NCBI GenBank assembly: GCA_964493715.1
Contig: CAZBPC010000019.1
Coordinates: 12,715 to 46,772 of the forward strand
DNA: 34,058 nt
Direction of reading: 5' to 3'
From: an uncultured archaeon
Lineage (GTDB): Archaea; Asgardarchaeota; Lokiarchaeia; Sigyniarchaeales; SOKP01
Position 1 is the stretch's first letter. Every line of letters starts with the position of its first letter. Under the pieces are notes generated by a model. It did not search any database. It saw only the letters and a list, made by a program, of their open reading frames with translations, and was not told the origin of the DNA. Position numbers and translations under genes: made by a program. This document shows, one piece after another, positions 9,429 to 20,967 of this stretch.

Positions 9429-11444
9429 ATTTCAGATAGAAAAAAATTATGGGAACCTTCAGAAGAATGGATAAAGAATGCTGAGATCACTAAATTTATC
9501 CAGAAAGTAAATAAGGATTTCGGTCAAAACATTAAAGATGGTAAAGAACTATATAAATGGTCTGTAGAAAAGATTGAAGATTTTTGGGCCGCTATGTGGG
9601 ATTTTGGAGGTATAATAGCTTCCAAAACGTACGATAAAGTGGTTGAGGATTTAAGCATCTTCCCCGGAACTAAATGGTTCCCTGGATCAAGATTAAATTT
9701 TGCTCAAAATCTACTCAAGTATAAAGATAACCAATTAGCTTTTATTTTTCAAGGAGAAACCAAGGTTTCGAAGCAAATTACCTATGAAGAACTATATAAA
9801 GAAGTTGCTCGCTTAGCGAAATCTCTCAAGAAAATGGGCGTTAAAGTGGGAGATCGAGTAGTGTCCTATATCCCAAACTTGATCGAAACTCCTATTGCCA
9901 TGTTAGCTACTGCTGCCATTGGAGCAACTTGGGCATCATGTGGAGCAGAATTACAACCGAACGCCGTGATTGATCGGTTTGGACAAATTGAGCCAAAAGT
10001 ACTCTTTACTGTCGATGGATATTTCTATAGAGATCAAGAGTTTAATATCACTGAAAATGCAAAAAGTGTGGTTGAAGCTATTCCTTCAATAGAAAAAGTA
10101 GTAGTAGTATCTTACATTACTAATGGAAAGCCAAAAATAAGCCACATTCCAAATGCGGTACATTGGGACGATTTTATCTCAAAAGAAGAGAACCCCACTC
10201 TTGAATTTGAGCAATTACCCTTTGATCATGCTTTATATGTGATGTTTTCATCTGGAACAACGGGAAAACCTAAATGTATGGTTCAAAGCGCTGGGGGTGT
10301 ATTAATTAATCATTTAAAAGAATTGATCTTATCTACTGACTGCAAGAGAAGCGATGTTATAAACTATATTACTGCGCCCTCATGGATGATGATATAAGTA
10401 ACCCTTATATCAGCCAAAATGTGGAACTGGCTTATCAGTGCCTTAGCAACGGGTGCAACAATATTTTTATATGATGGAAATCCACTATATCCAGAGCCAT
10501 TAAGGTTTTTTGAATTAATTGAAAAGCATAAAGTTTCTATATTTGGCACTAGTGCAGCCTATATTCATTACCTAATGGGTCTTAGGGTTAAGCCTGGAGA
10601 AAAATTTGATTTAAGTGCATTGAGAGAGATATCACAAACAGCATCTACATTATCACCTGAAGGATTTGAATTTGTATATAGGGATATTAAACAAGATTTG
10701 TTTTTTAACTCAATCAGTGGTGGTACAGATATTAATGGTTGCTTTGCTGGAGCAATACCAATATTACCCGTATATTCTGGTGAATTACAAGGTCGTGCGT
10801 TAGCGATGAAAGTCGAATCTTATGATGGCAGAGCAGAACCAATAGAAGATGAACAAGCTGAACTCGTATGTGAAGCCCCAGCACCTTCAATGCCTACCTA
10901 TTTTTGGGGCGATGATGAGAACATGACGAAATATAAAGTTGCTTATTTCGACTATTATAAGGATGTAGGCAAAAATGTGTGGCGTCATGGAGATTATATC
11001 GTTATTCATAGTGATACGGGAGGGATTACATTCTGGGGTAGGTCTGACGCAGTACTTAAACCAAGTGGCGTGCGCATTGGAACTGCGGAAATCTACAATG
11101 TTGTGGAACAGTTGCCGGAGATTGCTGATAGTTTAGTAATTGGCCAGCAATATGAAGGAGATATCCGAATTGTGATGTTTGTGCTTTTAAAAGAAGGTTA
11201 TAAATTAACTGACGAATTAAAAACAAAAATACGACAGACTTTACGTGAAAAAACCAGCCCACGACACGTTCCAAAATTAATAATTGAAGCACCCCCAGAT
11301 GGCATACCATATACTTTTAGTAATAAGAAAGTTGAGATTGCTGTCACGAAAATCATTCATGGAATGGAAGTAACTAATCGCGGAGCTCTTAGGAATCCAG
11401 AATCACTTGATTTTTATGAGGAAATGAAAGAAGAACTTCACTAA
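9429..11444 (+). CDS. aacS: Acetoacetyl-CoA synthetase (acetoacetate-CoA ligase), interrupted by a 30-nt insert or intron; 661 aa if spliced
   Basis: ORFs 9594-10397 and 10419-11444 are in the same frame. Motifs: LWEPS, WFPG.RLNFA, MFSSGTTGKPK, WMM|WNW, SISGGTD, WRHGD, GRSD, GVRIGTAEIY. The frame is open back to ATT 9429, behind GAGGAG. Confidence 0.9.
10389..10418 (+). other. Candidate bulge-helix-bulge (archaeal endonuclease-type) intron in mRNA
   Basis: Inner 9-bp stem TGATATAAG/CTTATATCA; 3-nt bulges TGA and AAA; central TGGA/GCCA helix; outer CCTCA/TGTGG helix. Cutting after the second nt of each bulge removes exactly 30 nt, including TAA, and gives SWMMWNW. Confidence 0.72.
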
Positions 11445-11574
11445 TTTTAAATTTAATTATTTTTTTTCTATTAAATTAGGTTCATGTCTTTATGTTTAAT
11501 AGTAAAAAAAAAAAAAGTTTTTTTAAGGTCTTAATCCGCTTTTTATTTTATTTTCCCAGTTTGAATCAGTATAG
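11445..11574. terminator. Convergent oligo-T/oligo-A termination region between aacS and katG
   Basis: T-run near 11460-11467 on the + strand and a long A-run near 11504-11516 (U-run on the - strand); archaeal termination occurs at oligo-U. Confidence 0.45.
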
Positions 11575-13764
<2,190 letters not shown>

Positions 13765-13837
13765 TCATCTCCTTTATTGCCTTATTATGTTATTTTTAAA
13801 CATGATATATATTTATGAAATTAGTTTATGATTTATA

Positions 13838-13858
13838 ATATAAGAATCATTCTTATAT
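13838..13858. promoter_or_regulatory. Per/Fur-box-like operator
   Basis: Perfect 10-1-10 palindrome ATATAAGAAT-C-ATTCTTATAT between the divergent katG and Fur-family genes. Confidence 0.7.
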
Positions 13859-13944
13859 AATAGACATTATCAAATTGTAAACATTATTAATATATCTTAT
13901 GATTTATTCTAAAAACACTTTAAAATATATAACTATTCATTTAA

Positions 13945-14367
13945 ATGATTGATTTGGATACTCAAAATTTAATTTCGATTTTTCGAAAAAACGGATATAA
14001 GGTAACTACTCAGCGTTTGGTAATATGCAAGTTTATCCTATCGCGCAATGATCATCCTTCAACAGAGAAGATATATCAAGAATTGAGAGAGAAGTATCCA
14101 ACGATAAGTTTAGGGACACTATATAAAACATTACACCTTTTGAAAGAATTAGGATTGATACAAGAGCTAGGTTTTAATGAGAGTATTATAAGATATGATC
14201 CTGATATGGAAGTCCATATTAATATGGTATGCTCCAAATGTGGAAAAATTCAAGATTATAAAGCTAAAAAAATTAAGAAACTATGGAATGAAATTATATC
14301 TGATATTGGAATTAAACCTAATGGACAACGGTTAGATATTTATTATGAGTGTGAAAATTGTAAATGA
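13945..14367 (+). CDS. perR: Fur-family regulator (PerR-like)
   Basis: TTQR, HPSTE.IY, ISLGTLYKTL, RYD...HINMVCSKCG, C-terminal CENC; divergent from katG. Confidence 0.85.
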   Translation: MIDLDTQNLISIFRKNGYKVTTQRLVICKFILSRNDHPSTEKIYQELREKYPTISLGTLYKTLHLLKELGLIQELGFNESIIRYDPDMEVHINMVCSKCGKIQDYKAKKIKKLWNEIISDIGIKPNGQRLDIYYECENCK

Positions 14368-14485
14368 ATTTAGTTAAATGAATTCTCTTTTCCTTCAAAT
14401 TGAAATCAATGATAAAACAACTTTGAATGTTTTCTAAATATTTTATTGAGATCAACCTTATAAGAGCTAAAAATAAAATCTAATT

Positions 14486-15082
14486 ATGGATTCATATGAT
14501 AAATTACCCGATGCTCAAATTGAACCTATAGGAGAAATATCCAAGAAATTCCTGGAGTTAGGCATAAAATCGTTTAAAGAAGCGTGTATGTACGTGCATA
14601 ATAGTACATATGGATACAATTCGAATTATGATGATAAAATGATATTTTTTAAAGAGAATATGGGTAGTTGTACTATAAAACATGCAACTATTGCAGGACT
14701 TGCTGAGGAACTTCGAATTCCTTTATACAAATACGTAGGCATATATAAATTTACAGAAGAAATAACTACTGGAGCTGGTGAAATATTGAAAAAGTATAAT
14801 GTTCCTTACGCACCAATGGTTCATTGCTTTTTAGTTTATAAAGAATTTCAATTTGATCTTACCGAAGGAAATTATAATGGGAAAAAGACTTCGATTAACG
14901 AATTTATAAAAACAGAAAAAGTGACTCCATTTATCAGTAGAAAAGATGAATACAAGCTCTTTAAAAAAATTCTTAGAGAAGAAATTTTACCTAGTAAAGA
15001 AATGGAAGGAATCGATGAACGAACATTACTAAAAGCCAGGGAAGAAAGTATCATTTTACTAAAAGAATGTATTAAGAAATGA
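14486..15082 (+). CDS. Hypothetical protein, possible transglutaminase-like fold
   Basis: GSCTIKHA, VHCFL and FDLTE could supply a Cys-His-Asp triad. Confidence 0.6.
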   Translation: MDSYDKLPDAQIEPIGEISKKFLELGIKSFKEACMYVHNSTYGYNSNYDDKMIFFKENMGSCTIKHATIAGLAEELRIPLYKYVGIYKFTEEITTGAGEILKKYNVPYAPMVHCFLVYKEFQFDLTEGNYNGKKTSINEFIKTEKVTPFISRKDEYKLFKKILREEILPSKEMEGIDERTLLKAREESIILLKECIKK

Positions 15083-15138
15083 GATTATACACTCATTTGA
15101 ACACCCTTCCTGATAATTCATTTCATACCTAATTATCC

Positions 15139-16590
15139 TTAAACTGACCGCTTTTTTTTCCAATGAGGGCTATCGCTTGTTTGTAAATACCATCTAAGTA
15201 ATTTCTCTTTCAGATTAGATTTAACGCTTTTATAATCTTCATTTTCAAATAAATTTATAATTTCTTGCGGATCATTTTTAAGATCATATAATTCTTCTTT
15301 TCCTGCATCTCGAAGGATAAGTTTCCAAAATTCGGTACGTATCATGACCGATCGAGCAACGGTTTCAGGATATTTCTGGGGAATGTTTGTCTTTTCGTAA
15401 TAAATTCCCAATCCGGGTAAATTTGGGTCTTTAATAATATACTCAAAACATTGGGGTTCATTAAAATTATAACCCCCTTCAGCAAATACAGCATCTCGAA
15501 TTTTAGTCTGGGTTCCCTTTATGATTGGAACCAAATTTTTTCCATAATGAATATAAGGAAAACTTAATTCTATTTGAGCAATATCAAGAATAGTTGGAAA
15601 AAGATCAATAGTCTGAACTAATTGAGAAAATATCTTTTCCTTTCTGCCAATTTCAGGTGCTTTAATTATTAAAGGTACTTTTAACAGGCAATCTTGAAAT
15701 GCATTTGGCCATTTCTCAGTTAAACCATAATCACCTGTAAAATCCCCATGATCTGAAGTAATAAATATCGCTGTTTGTTCATATACTCCAATTTCTTTTA
15801 GTTTGTTTAAAATTTCTCCAATTTGATGATCAACACGCGTGATCATTGCATAATAGGTCGCCCGTATCTCCTTAAATTCATCTAATGTTAAATTTTTAAG
15901 ACCATATCGTTCTTGCATTAATCTCATAAATTGCGGTTTATCTTCAAGCATAGCTGGAATGGGATCATGTATATTGGTACGATTATATAAGGAAAAATAT
16001 GGTTCTTCAACATGATACGGGGGATGAGGGGCAGCCATGGATATAAACAAGCAAAATGGAGTTTTAAGCTCTGAGTCTAGAAATTTTATAACTTCTTTAA
16101 CTAAAAAAAAATCATAATCTTCTGCTTCCTTTTCATTACTTTTCCCGTAATAAAATGATTTTCTAAGACGATGTCTCTCAGGAAAGGGATTTAATTTGGG
16201 AATCGGAGGTTTAAATTGAATACGATGGGTTATGCTTTTATCAATTGAATCTTTATCAAATAAATCGTTTCTCCCTACCCAGATTACATTATATCCATTA
16301 TCTTTAAGAATTTTAAATAGGTTTTCTTCATGTGGTTGGAGTAATTGATATAAACCTCTATGTCCATTTGAATGAACATATTGTCCCGTAAATGTACAAC
16401 ATCTTGATGGGGTACAAACCGGATTAACACTGTAACAATTACTAAACGTCACGCCTTCTTTAGCTACCTGATCTATATTAGGAGTTTCCAATACTGGATT
16501 TATAATGCCCCCTAATGATATACAATCTCCTCTCAGAGTATCTGGTAAAATAATAACAATATTCGGTCTTTGAGGGCTCTCCAGCATCAT
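15139..16590 (-). CDS. Sulfatase (Cys/formylglycine type)
   Basis: PNIVII..D.LR, CTPSR motif, PHPPY, TSDHGD, ELYDLKNDP.E. Confidence 0.9.
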   Translation of the reverse strand: MMLESPQRPNIVIILPDTLRGDCISLGGIINPVLETPNIDQVAKEGVTFSNCYSVNPVCTPSRCCTFTGQYVHSNGHRGLYQLLQPHEENLFKILKDNGYNVIWVGRNDLFDKDSIDKSITHRIQFKPPIPKLNPFPERHRLRKSFYYGKSNEKEAEDYDFFLVKEVIKFLDSELKTPFCLFISMAAPHPPYHVEEPYFSLYNRTNIHDPIPAMLEDKPQFMRLMQERYGLKNLTLDEFKEIRATYYAMITRVDHQIGEILNKLKEIGVYEQTAIFITSDHGDFTGDYGLTEKWPNAFQDCLLKVPLIIKAPEIGRKEKIFSQLVQTIDLFPTILDIAQIELSFPYIHYGKNLVPIIKGTQTKIRDAVFAEGGYNFNEPQCFEYIIKDPNLPGLGIYYEKTNIPQKYPETVARSVMIRTEFWKLILRDAGKEELYDLKNDPQEIINLFENEDYKSVKSNLKEKLLRWYLQTSDSPHWKKKRSV

Positions 16591-16785
16591 TTTTCTTTTC
16601 CGTATAAATCCTTATCTTTGATATGCATTAATTATCATTTATACTTTAAATCATATTTCTAATACAAAATATCTAATTCTAACTTTTATTTATTGGAATT
16701 TAGAATTTTGGATCTCTTCTTTACTAAGTACTATGATATTTAAAATAATAAAAATATATAAAAAAAAGAAATAAGCGTTTCAGGT

Positions 16786-17502
16786 TTATGTGAGAGGAGA
16801 CCCACAGGTTCCACAAAACTTACCTGCTCCTGTAACATCTGCCCCACAATTTGGACAATATTTAACACTTGTAGAGGAGGGGGTCGCTGAAGGTGTAGGT
16901 GTTGGTTGATATGTGGGTGTTGTCATTGGTGCCATCATTATTTGTTCCAGTTTTGCAACTTTAAAGTATCCAATTATTTGGAAAATCCATCCAATTAAAG
17001 CAGTAATCAATAAGAATACAAGGACATACATTAAAGCAGCATTTTTCAGATAATGGCAACCTTCTTCTGCATCTCGAGCAATATAAGCTGGGAACATCGC
17101 AGTGTTTTGTCTAAAGAAGGTTTCTAGACTACCCCAAGCACCCATTTCGATCGCGGCAGCAATAATTGTAATGATCAAGCCAATTCCAGTAAAGACAAAT
17201 AATGGCGTAAGATATGTGAAATTAAATGTATATGCGAAATCCATATAATCTATTGGGAAGAACCATCCCACTACACTCACTATTCCACCGATAAATTTAA
17301 AAATTATAGCAGTTATAAATTTTGTTCGATAATCCTCTATTAGAGGATTGTTTAATTTTAAATTAGCGTTTCTTATATCTGATAGCGCTAAAATAGTAAA
17401 AATTAGTCCAACAAAAGGAATGGGAATGATGACGAAAATAGCTATAATTTTCATTCGACTTCCAAACGATCTCCAATCAAGGTTTAAATCTGTATTTGAC
17501 AT
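16786..17502 (-). CDS. Membrane protein with Pro/Thr linker and C-terminal double zinc ribbon
   Basis: Several hydrophobic segments, PT-rich linker, YCPNCGA...KFCGTCGSPL. Confidence 0.8.
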   Translation of the reverse strand: MSNTDLNLDWRSFGSRMKIIAIFVIIPIPFVGLIFTILALSDIRNANLKLNNPLIEDYRTKFITAIIFKFIGGIVSVVGWFFPIDYMDFAYTFNFTYLTPLFVFTGIGLIITIIAAAIEMGAWGSLETFFRQNTAMFPAYIARDAEEGCHYLKNAALMYVLVFLLITALIGWIFQIIGYFKVAKLEQIMMAPMTTPTYQPTPTPSATPSSTSVKYCPNCGADVTGAGKFCGTCGSPLT

Positions 17503-17675
17503 TTTATGAACCTATTATTTTTTTATTTTAGTATGATGAATTTACAATATTTAATATTTTTCCAATTATTTTAATTTTATTTAATCTTGTAATTTTGAAT
17601 AAGTGTAGCTTGCCGTTTAAACCATCAATTGAATAATCGTGTTTTAAAATATGCAAAAAAAAAATCAAAAAAACT

Positions 17676-18665
17676 TTAAAAATAGATATCTTGTCCTATA
17701 TTATGTGACAAAGCTCGATCATATACTAATTTTGCGACAGCTACATCTTGAGCACTAATGCCAACGGATTTAAAAACCGTAATGTCTTTTTCTGTATCAC
17801 GACCATGTCTCTTACAGGTAATAATGTCTCCGATTGATATAATATCTTTTTCAGTAATGATGCCCTCATTGATGGGTATAATGTAATCTCCTGCTTCGGC
17901 TAAACAAGCTTCCTTTAAACCTGCTACTAGTAAAGTAGCCCTTTTAATAGTTGTGGAATCCAATTCTCGAACGGTAGCGGAGTGAGCACCTATAGAAGAG
18001 ATATGCATTCCTTCCGAAATTTTATCTCCTGAAAATAAAGGTGTTGTACTGGTAGTTGCAGCAACTAGAATATCTGTATTAGCTAGCAAATCATCCCCGG
18101 AGTTGGTGATTTCAACATTTATTCCTAATTCATTTTCTAATTCATCCTTAAATGATTTTGCTACTGATCGATTCAAATCATACACTTTACATTTTTCTAA
18201 TTTTTGATTTAGTGCCCAATAAACTCCAACAACTTGCTTTCGAGCTTGAACTCCAGCGCTATAGATCCCCATTGTTTTGCTATTTTTACGAGCTAAGTAT
18301 TTTACTCCTACTCCCGTGGCCGCACCAGTTCGCATTGCGGTGATTAAGCTTCCATCCATGATTCCAATGATATCTCCAGTTTCCATATCTTGTACCATGA
18401 TTTTTGCTAATACTGTAGGCATATTATGTTTTGTAGGATTTTCCTTATATACTGATACAATCTTAGTGGCAAGAGCACTCATTTTACCTCCAATTAAGCC
18501 GGGCATTATCAAAGTTAATCCTGGTGCTGGATCTGTTATTGCTATTCTTTGAGGTACAACAGCATTTCCTAAAGAAAGTTGCTTGTATGCCTCTTCTACG
18601 TATTCTAAGGCGTCATTCATGTTTAATAATTCATTTACATCTTGTTTTGACAGTATTCGTACCAT
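17676..18665 (-). CDS. Ornithine cyclodeaminase/mu-crystallin family protein (archaeal alanine dehydrogenase-like)
   Basis: K.VSVY..N, ITAMRTGAA, AGVQA, EAGD, TVFKSVG.SAQD. Confidence 0.88.
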   Translation of the reverse strand: MVRILSKQDVNELLNMNDALEYVEEAYKQLSLGNAVVPQRIAITDPAPGLTLIMPGLIGGKMSALATKIVSVYKENPTKHNMPTVLAKIMVQDMETGDIIGIMDGSLITAMRTGAATGVGVKYLARKNSKTMGIYSAGVQARKQVVGVYWALNQKLEKCKVYDLNRSVAKSFKDELENELGINVEITNSGDDLLANTDILVAATTSTTPLFSGDKISEGMHISSIGAHSATVRELDSTTIKRATLLVAGLKEACLAEAGDYIIPINEGIITEKDIISIGDIITCKRHGRDTEKDITVFKSVGISAQDVAVAKLVYDRALSHNIGQDIYF

Positions 18666-18807
18666 AAAGACAATTATCTACAATAATATTTAAAATTTAA
18701 GCCAATTTCAATCTCCAATTTTCTATCAGTTTCGAAATTTTATATATAAGAAAATAGAGAAAGAAACAAAAAATAAAAAGGCAAGAACTCTTTTTCTATA
18801 TTGGATT

Positions 18808-19197
18808 ATGCCAAAACAAAAAAAAGGAGCCAAAAAAGGTAGGAGGACTTATGGTCCACCGTCAGAACAACCAGTAGTAACTCGAGTAAGAATGCCAAGA
18901 AGACGTGACGGAGAAATGTTTGGGCGAGTTGTCGAGATATATGGTCAAGAACGGATGGAAATATTCTGTGAAGATGGAAAATCTCGTATAGGAAGAATTA
19001 GGGGAAAAATAAAAAAGAGAGTTTGGGTAAGGAAAGGAGATTTAGTGATTATTAATCCTTGGGGTTTTGAAACGGTAGTTCAAGATCAAAAGGAGAAATG
19101 CGAGATATTTTGGAGATACTTAAAGCATGAAGTTTCTTGGTTAGAAAGGAATAATAGATTGCCTGAAATTCTTGATATAAATAATATTCCTCTATAA
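18808..19197 (+). CDS. eif1a: Translation initiation factor aIF-1A (eIF1A)
   Basis: RVRMP...EMFG.V....G, C.DGK.R.GRIRGK.KKRVW.R.GD.VI..PW, I.WRY. Confidence 0.93.
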   Translation: MPKQKKGAKKGRRTYGPPSEQPVVTRVRMPRRRDGEMFGRVVEIYGQERMEIFCEDGKSRIGRIRGKIKKRVWVRKGDLVIINPWGFETVVQDQKEKCEIFWRYLKHEVSWLERNNRLPEILDINNIPL

Positions 19198-19227
19198 GAC
19201 AAGCATTATCATTAATTTAATGTAAAA

Positions 19228-19458
19228 TTAATTTATTATTTCATTCAATTTTGTTAAAAGTTCTTCAAGAGAGCATATCTTTTCTTTAGCTCGAATTTTT
19301 GGCAATTCAACCTTATCTCGAGAGTACAAATTATCATTTTCTTTAAGTATTTCAGAATAGATTATATTTTGAAGCGGGATAAATTCGGGATAAGTCTTAT
19401 GGTCTTCTAGATAATGGAATGTTAAATAGTGGAAAAGTAGTGATTGCTTAGGATGCAT
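19228..19458 (-). CDS. Small hypothetical protein (possibly truncated)
   Basis: 76-aa ORF with no recognisable motif. Confidence 0.4.
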   Translation of the reverse strand: MHPKQSLLFHYLTFHYLEDHKTYPEFIPLQNIIYSEILKENDNLYSRDKVELPKIRAKEKICSLEELLTKLNEIIN

Positions 19459-19520
19459 ACCTTATTGATTTTTGAAGCAATAAAGTTTATAATACAGTTT
19501 ATGGTCATATTTTAAAAAAA

Positions 19521-19709
19521 TTAAGTTTTTTCTTTATTTCTCTCTTTTCTTTTTTTAAGGACTTCTTTTAATGCTTCTTCCTTATATCTTTCCTGTTCAT
19601 CCCAAAAATTGGGATTATTCATGTTTGCTTTCATATTTTCCACCATTGCTTGAGCAACTTCATCTGCAGTTTGAATTTTCTTTTTTTTTTTCTCTTTTTT
19701 CTCTTTCAT
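19521..19709 (-). CDS. Small basic hypothetical protein
   Basis: 62-aa K/E-rich ORF; GAAGG SD-like sequence upstream. Confidence 0.55.
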   Translation of the reverse strand: MKEKKEKKKKKIQTADEVAQAMVENMKANMNNPNFWDEQERYKEEALKEVLKKRKERNKEKT

Positions 19710-19755
19710 AAAAAAACCTTCTTTCTATTATTCTTTTCTTTATTTTAATATAATC

Positions 19756-20757
19756 CTAATTCGTTTTATATGCGCTAAGCAGATCATCGGGTAAATGGAT
19801 GGCAAATTTACACTCCATATCTCCATTAAGTGCTGTCTTTATAGGTTTTACTTCAATGGGGCGCTCAAAAATTTGCTCCCAATATAGTTTATACCAACCT
19901 GCACTACAATGGCAGAAATTTTTTGTGATTTCATTTTCATTACCATTTTTTAGTGCTCCTCTAATCCAAGGGCAATAACAAATAAAAAATTTTTTCATTT
20001 GGTCATCTTTTGCGTCTAAAAATTCCCTCATCTGATAGGGAAGTTTAGACACGTAAATGATATTTTCTTTTCTAATTCCTTGTGCAATTCCTTGGTTTTC
20101 CCGTACGTATTGAACTATATCATCATCTATCTTCTGAGCAAACTCTAATGTTCCTTCATTTTTATGTTTCTCTAGTCGTGAAACTAAATCTTTATGCATT
20201 TTCTCTAAAAATCCATCAATACCTAATTCCTTAAGGAGTTTTTTATCTCCCTCAATATCATCTGGAGGTCGTCCATGCAAACATGGCGAGAGAAGATCAA
20301 TTGTTTTTTCTGTCCCAACTTTTTCTTCCAATCTTTTTAAAACAACCTTCGTGAATTCAGGTTTCTTTTCAGGGTGGACACCTAGTTGAGGAATTGTCAA
20401 ATCTTGAAAAATCTCATCTCTTAATGGTTCACCATAAACTTCAGCTACACTTAAATATAAATTATCCATTGCATTATAAGATTCACTAATATCTATTATT
20501 CTAGTAATAAATTCAGGTCTATCTGAATAATTAGCATAGTGCATTATAGCCCTAAGGAAATTTAAAACAGAATTTTCGTCGTGCAGGACGAGATAATCAG
20601 AATAATCCATTATTTTTTTGGGTAAACTTATTTCGAGAGTTAAATTTTCTTTAGAGAGAAATTTTTCATAATTCCTAATTTGTTGAATATATTCTGTAAT
20701 CAATTGACTTTCGATTTCATTCTCTACCAGATAATTTTTAAATTCAATTTCATTCAA
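19756..20757 (-). CDS. Conserved hypothetical protein with Cys-rich, V4R-like C-terminal domain
   Basis: CLH, CYCPW, FCHCSAGW...WE.IF..P.EV......L.GD..C.F.I pattern. Confidence 0.7.
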   Translation of the reverse strand: MNEIEFKNYLVENEIESQLITEYIQQIRNYEKFLSKENLTLEISLPKKIMDYSDYLVLHDENSVLNFLRAIMHYANYSDRPEFITRIIDISESYNAMDNLYLSVAEVYGEPLRDEIFQDLTIPQLGVHPEKKPEFTKVVLKRLEEKVGTEKTIDLLSPCLHGRPPDDIEGDKKLLKELGIDGFLEKMHKDLVSRLEKHKNEGTLEFAQKIDDDIVQYVRENQGIAQGIRKENIIYVSKLPYQMREFLDAKDDQMKKFFICYCPWIRGALKNGNENEITKNFCHCSAGWYKLYWEQIFERPIEVKPIKTALNGDMECKFAIHLPDDLLSAYKTN

Positions 20758-20967
20758 TACGATTCAATTAATGGAGCATAATGGTAAAAATATTAATTTT
20801 TTGAATTTTGCCGAACTTTAAACATAGCACTAACGTTATTATCTAATAATCTTTTAATTAGATTTTTTATCCACCGTAAAGAGCATCTAATCAGTTAAAT
20901 CATTATTAAGAGTTCTTAGTTAATCCTATAGACTAATTTTACAATTTGTCCTGTTTTTATTTAGTAA

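Noticed and set aside
10395-10397. Stop read-through (Sec/Pyl), frameshift or single-base error explaining the aacS split
   Set aside because: The stop is TAA, both halves are in the same frame, and read-through would leave 10 extra residues inside the conserved WMMWNW motif. A structured 30-nt insert is not a point error.
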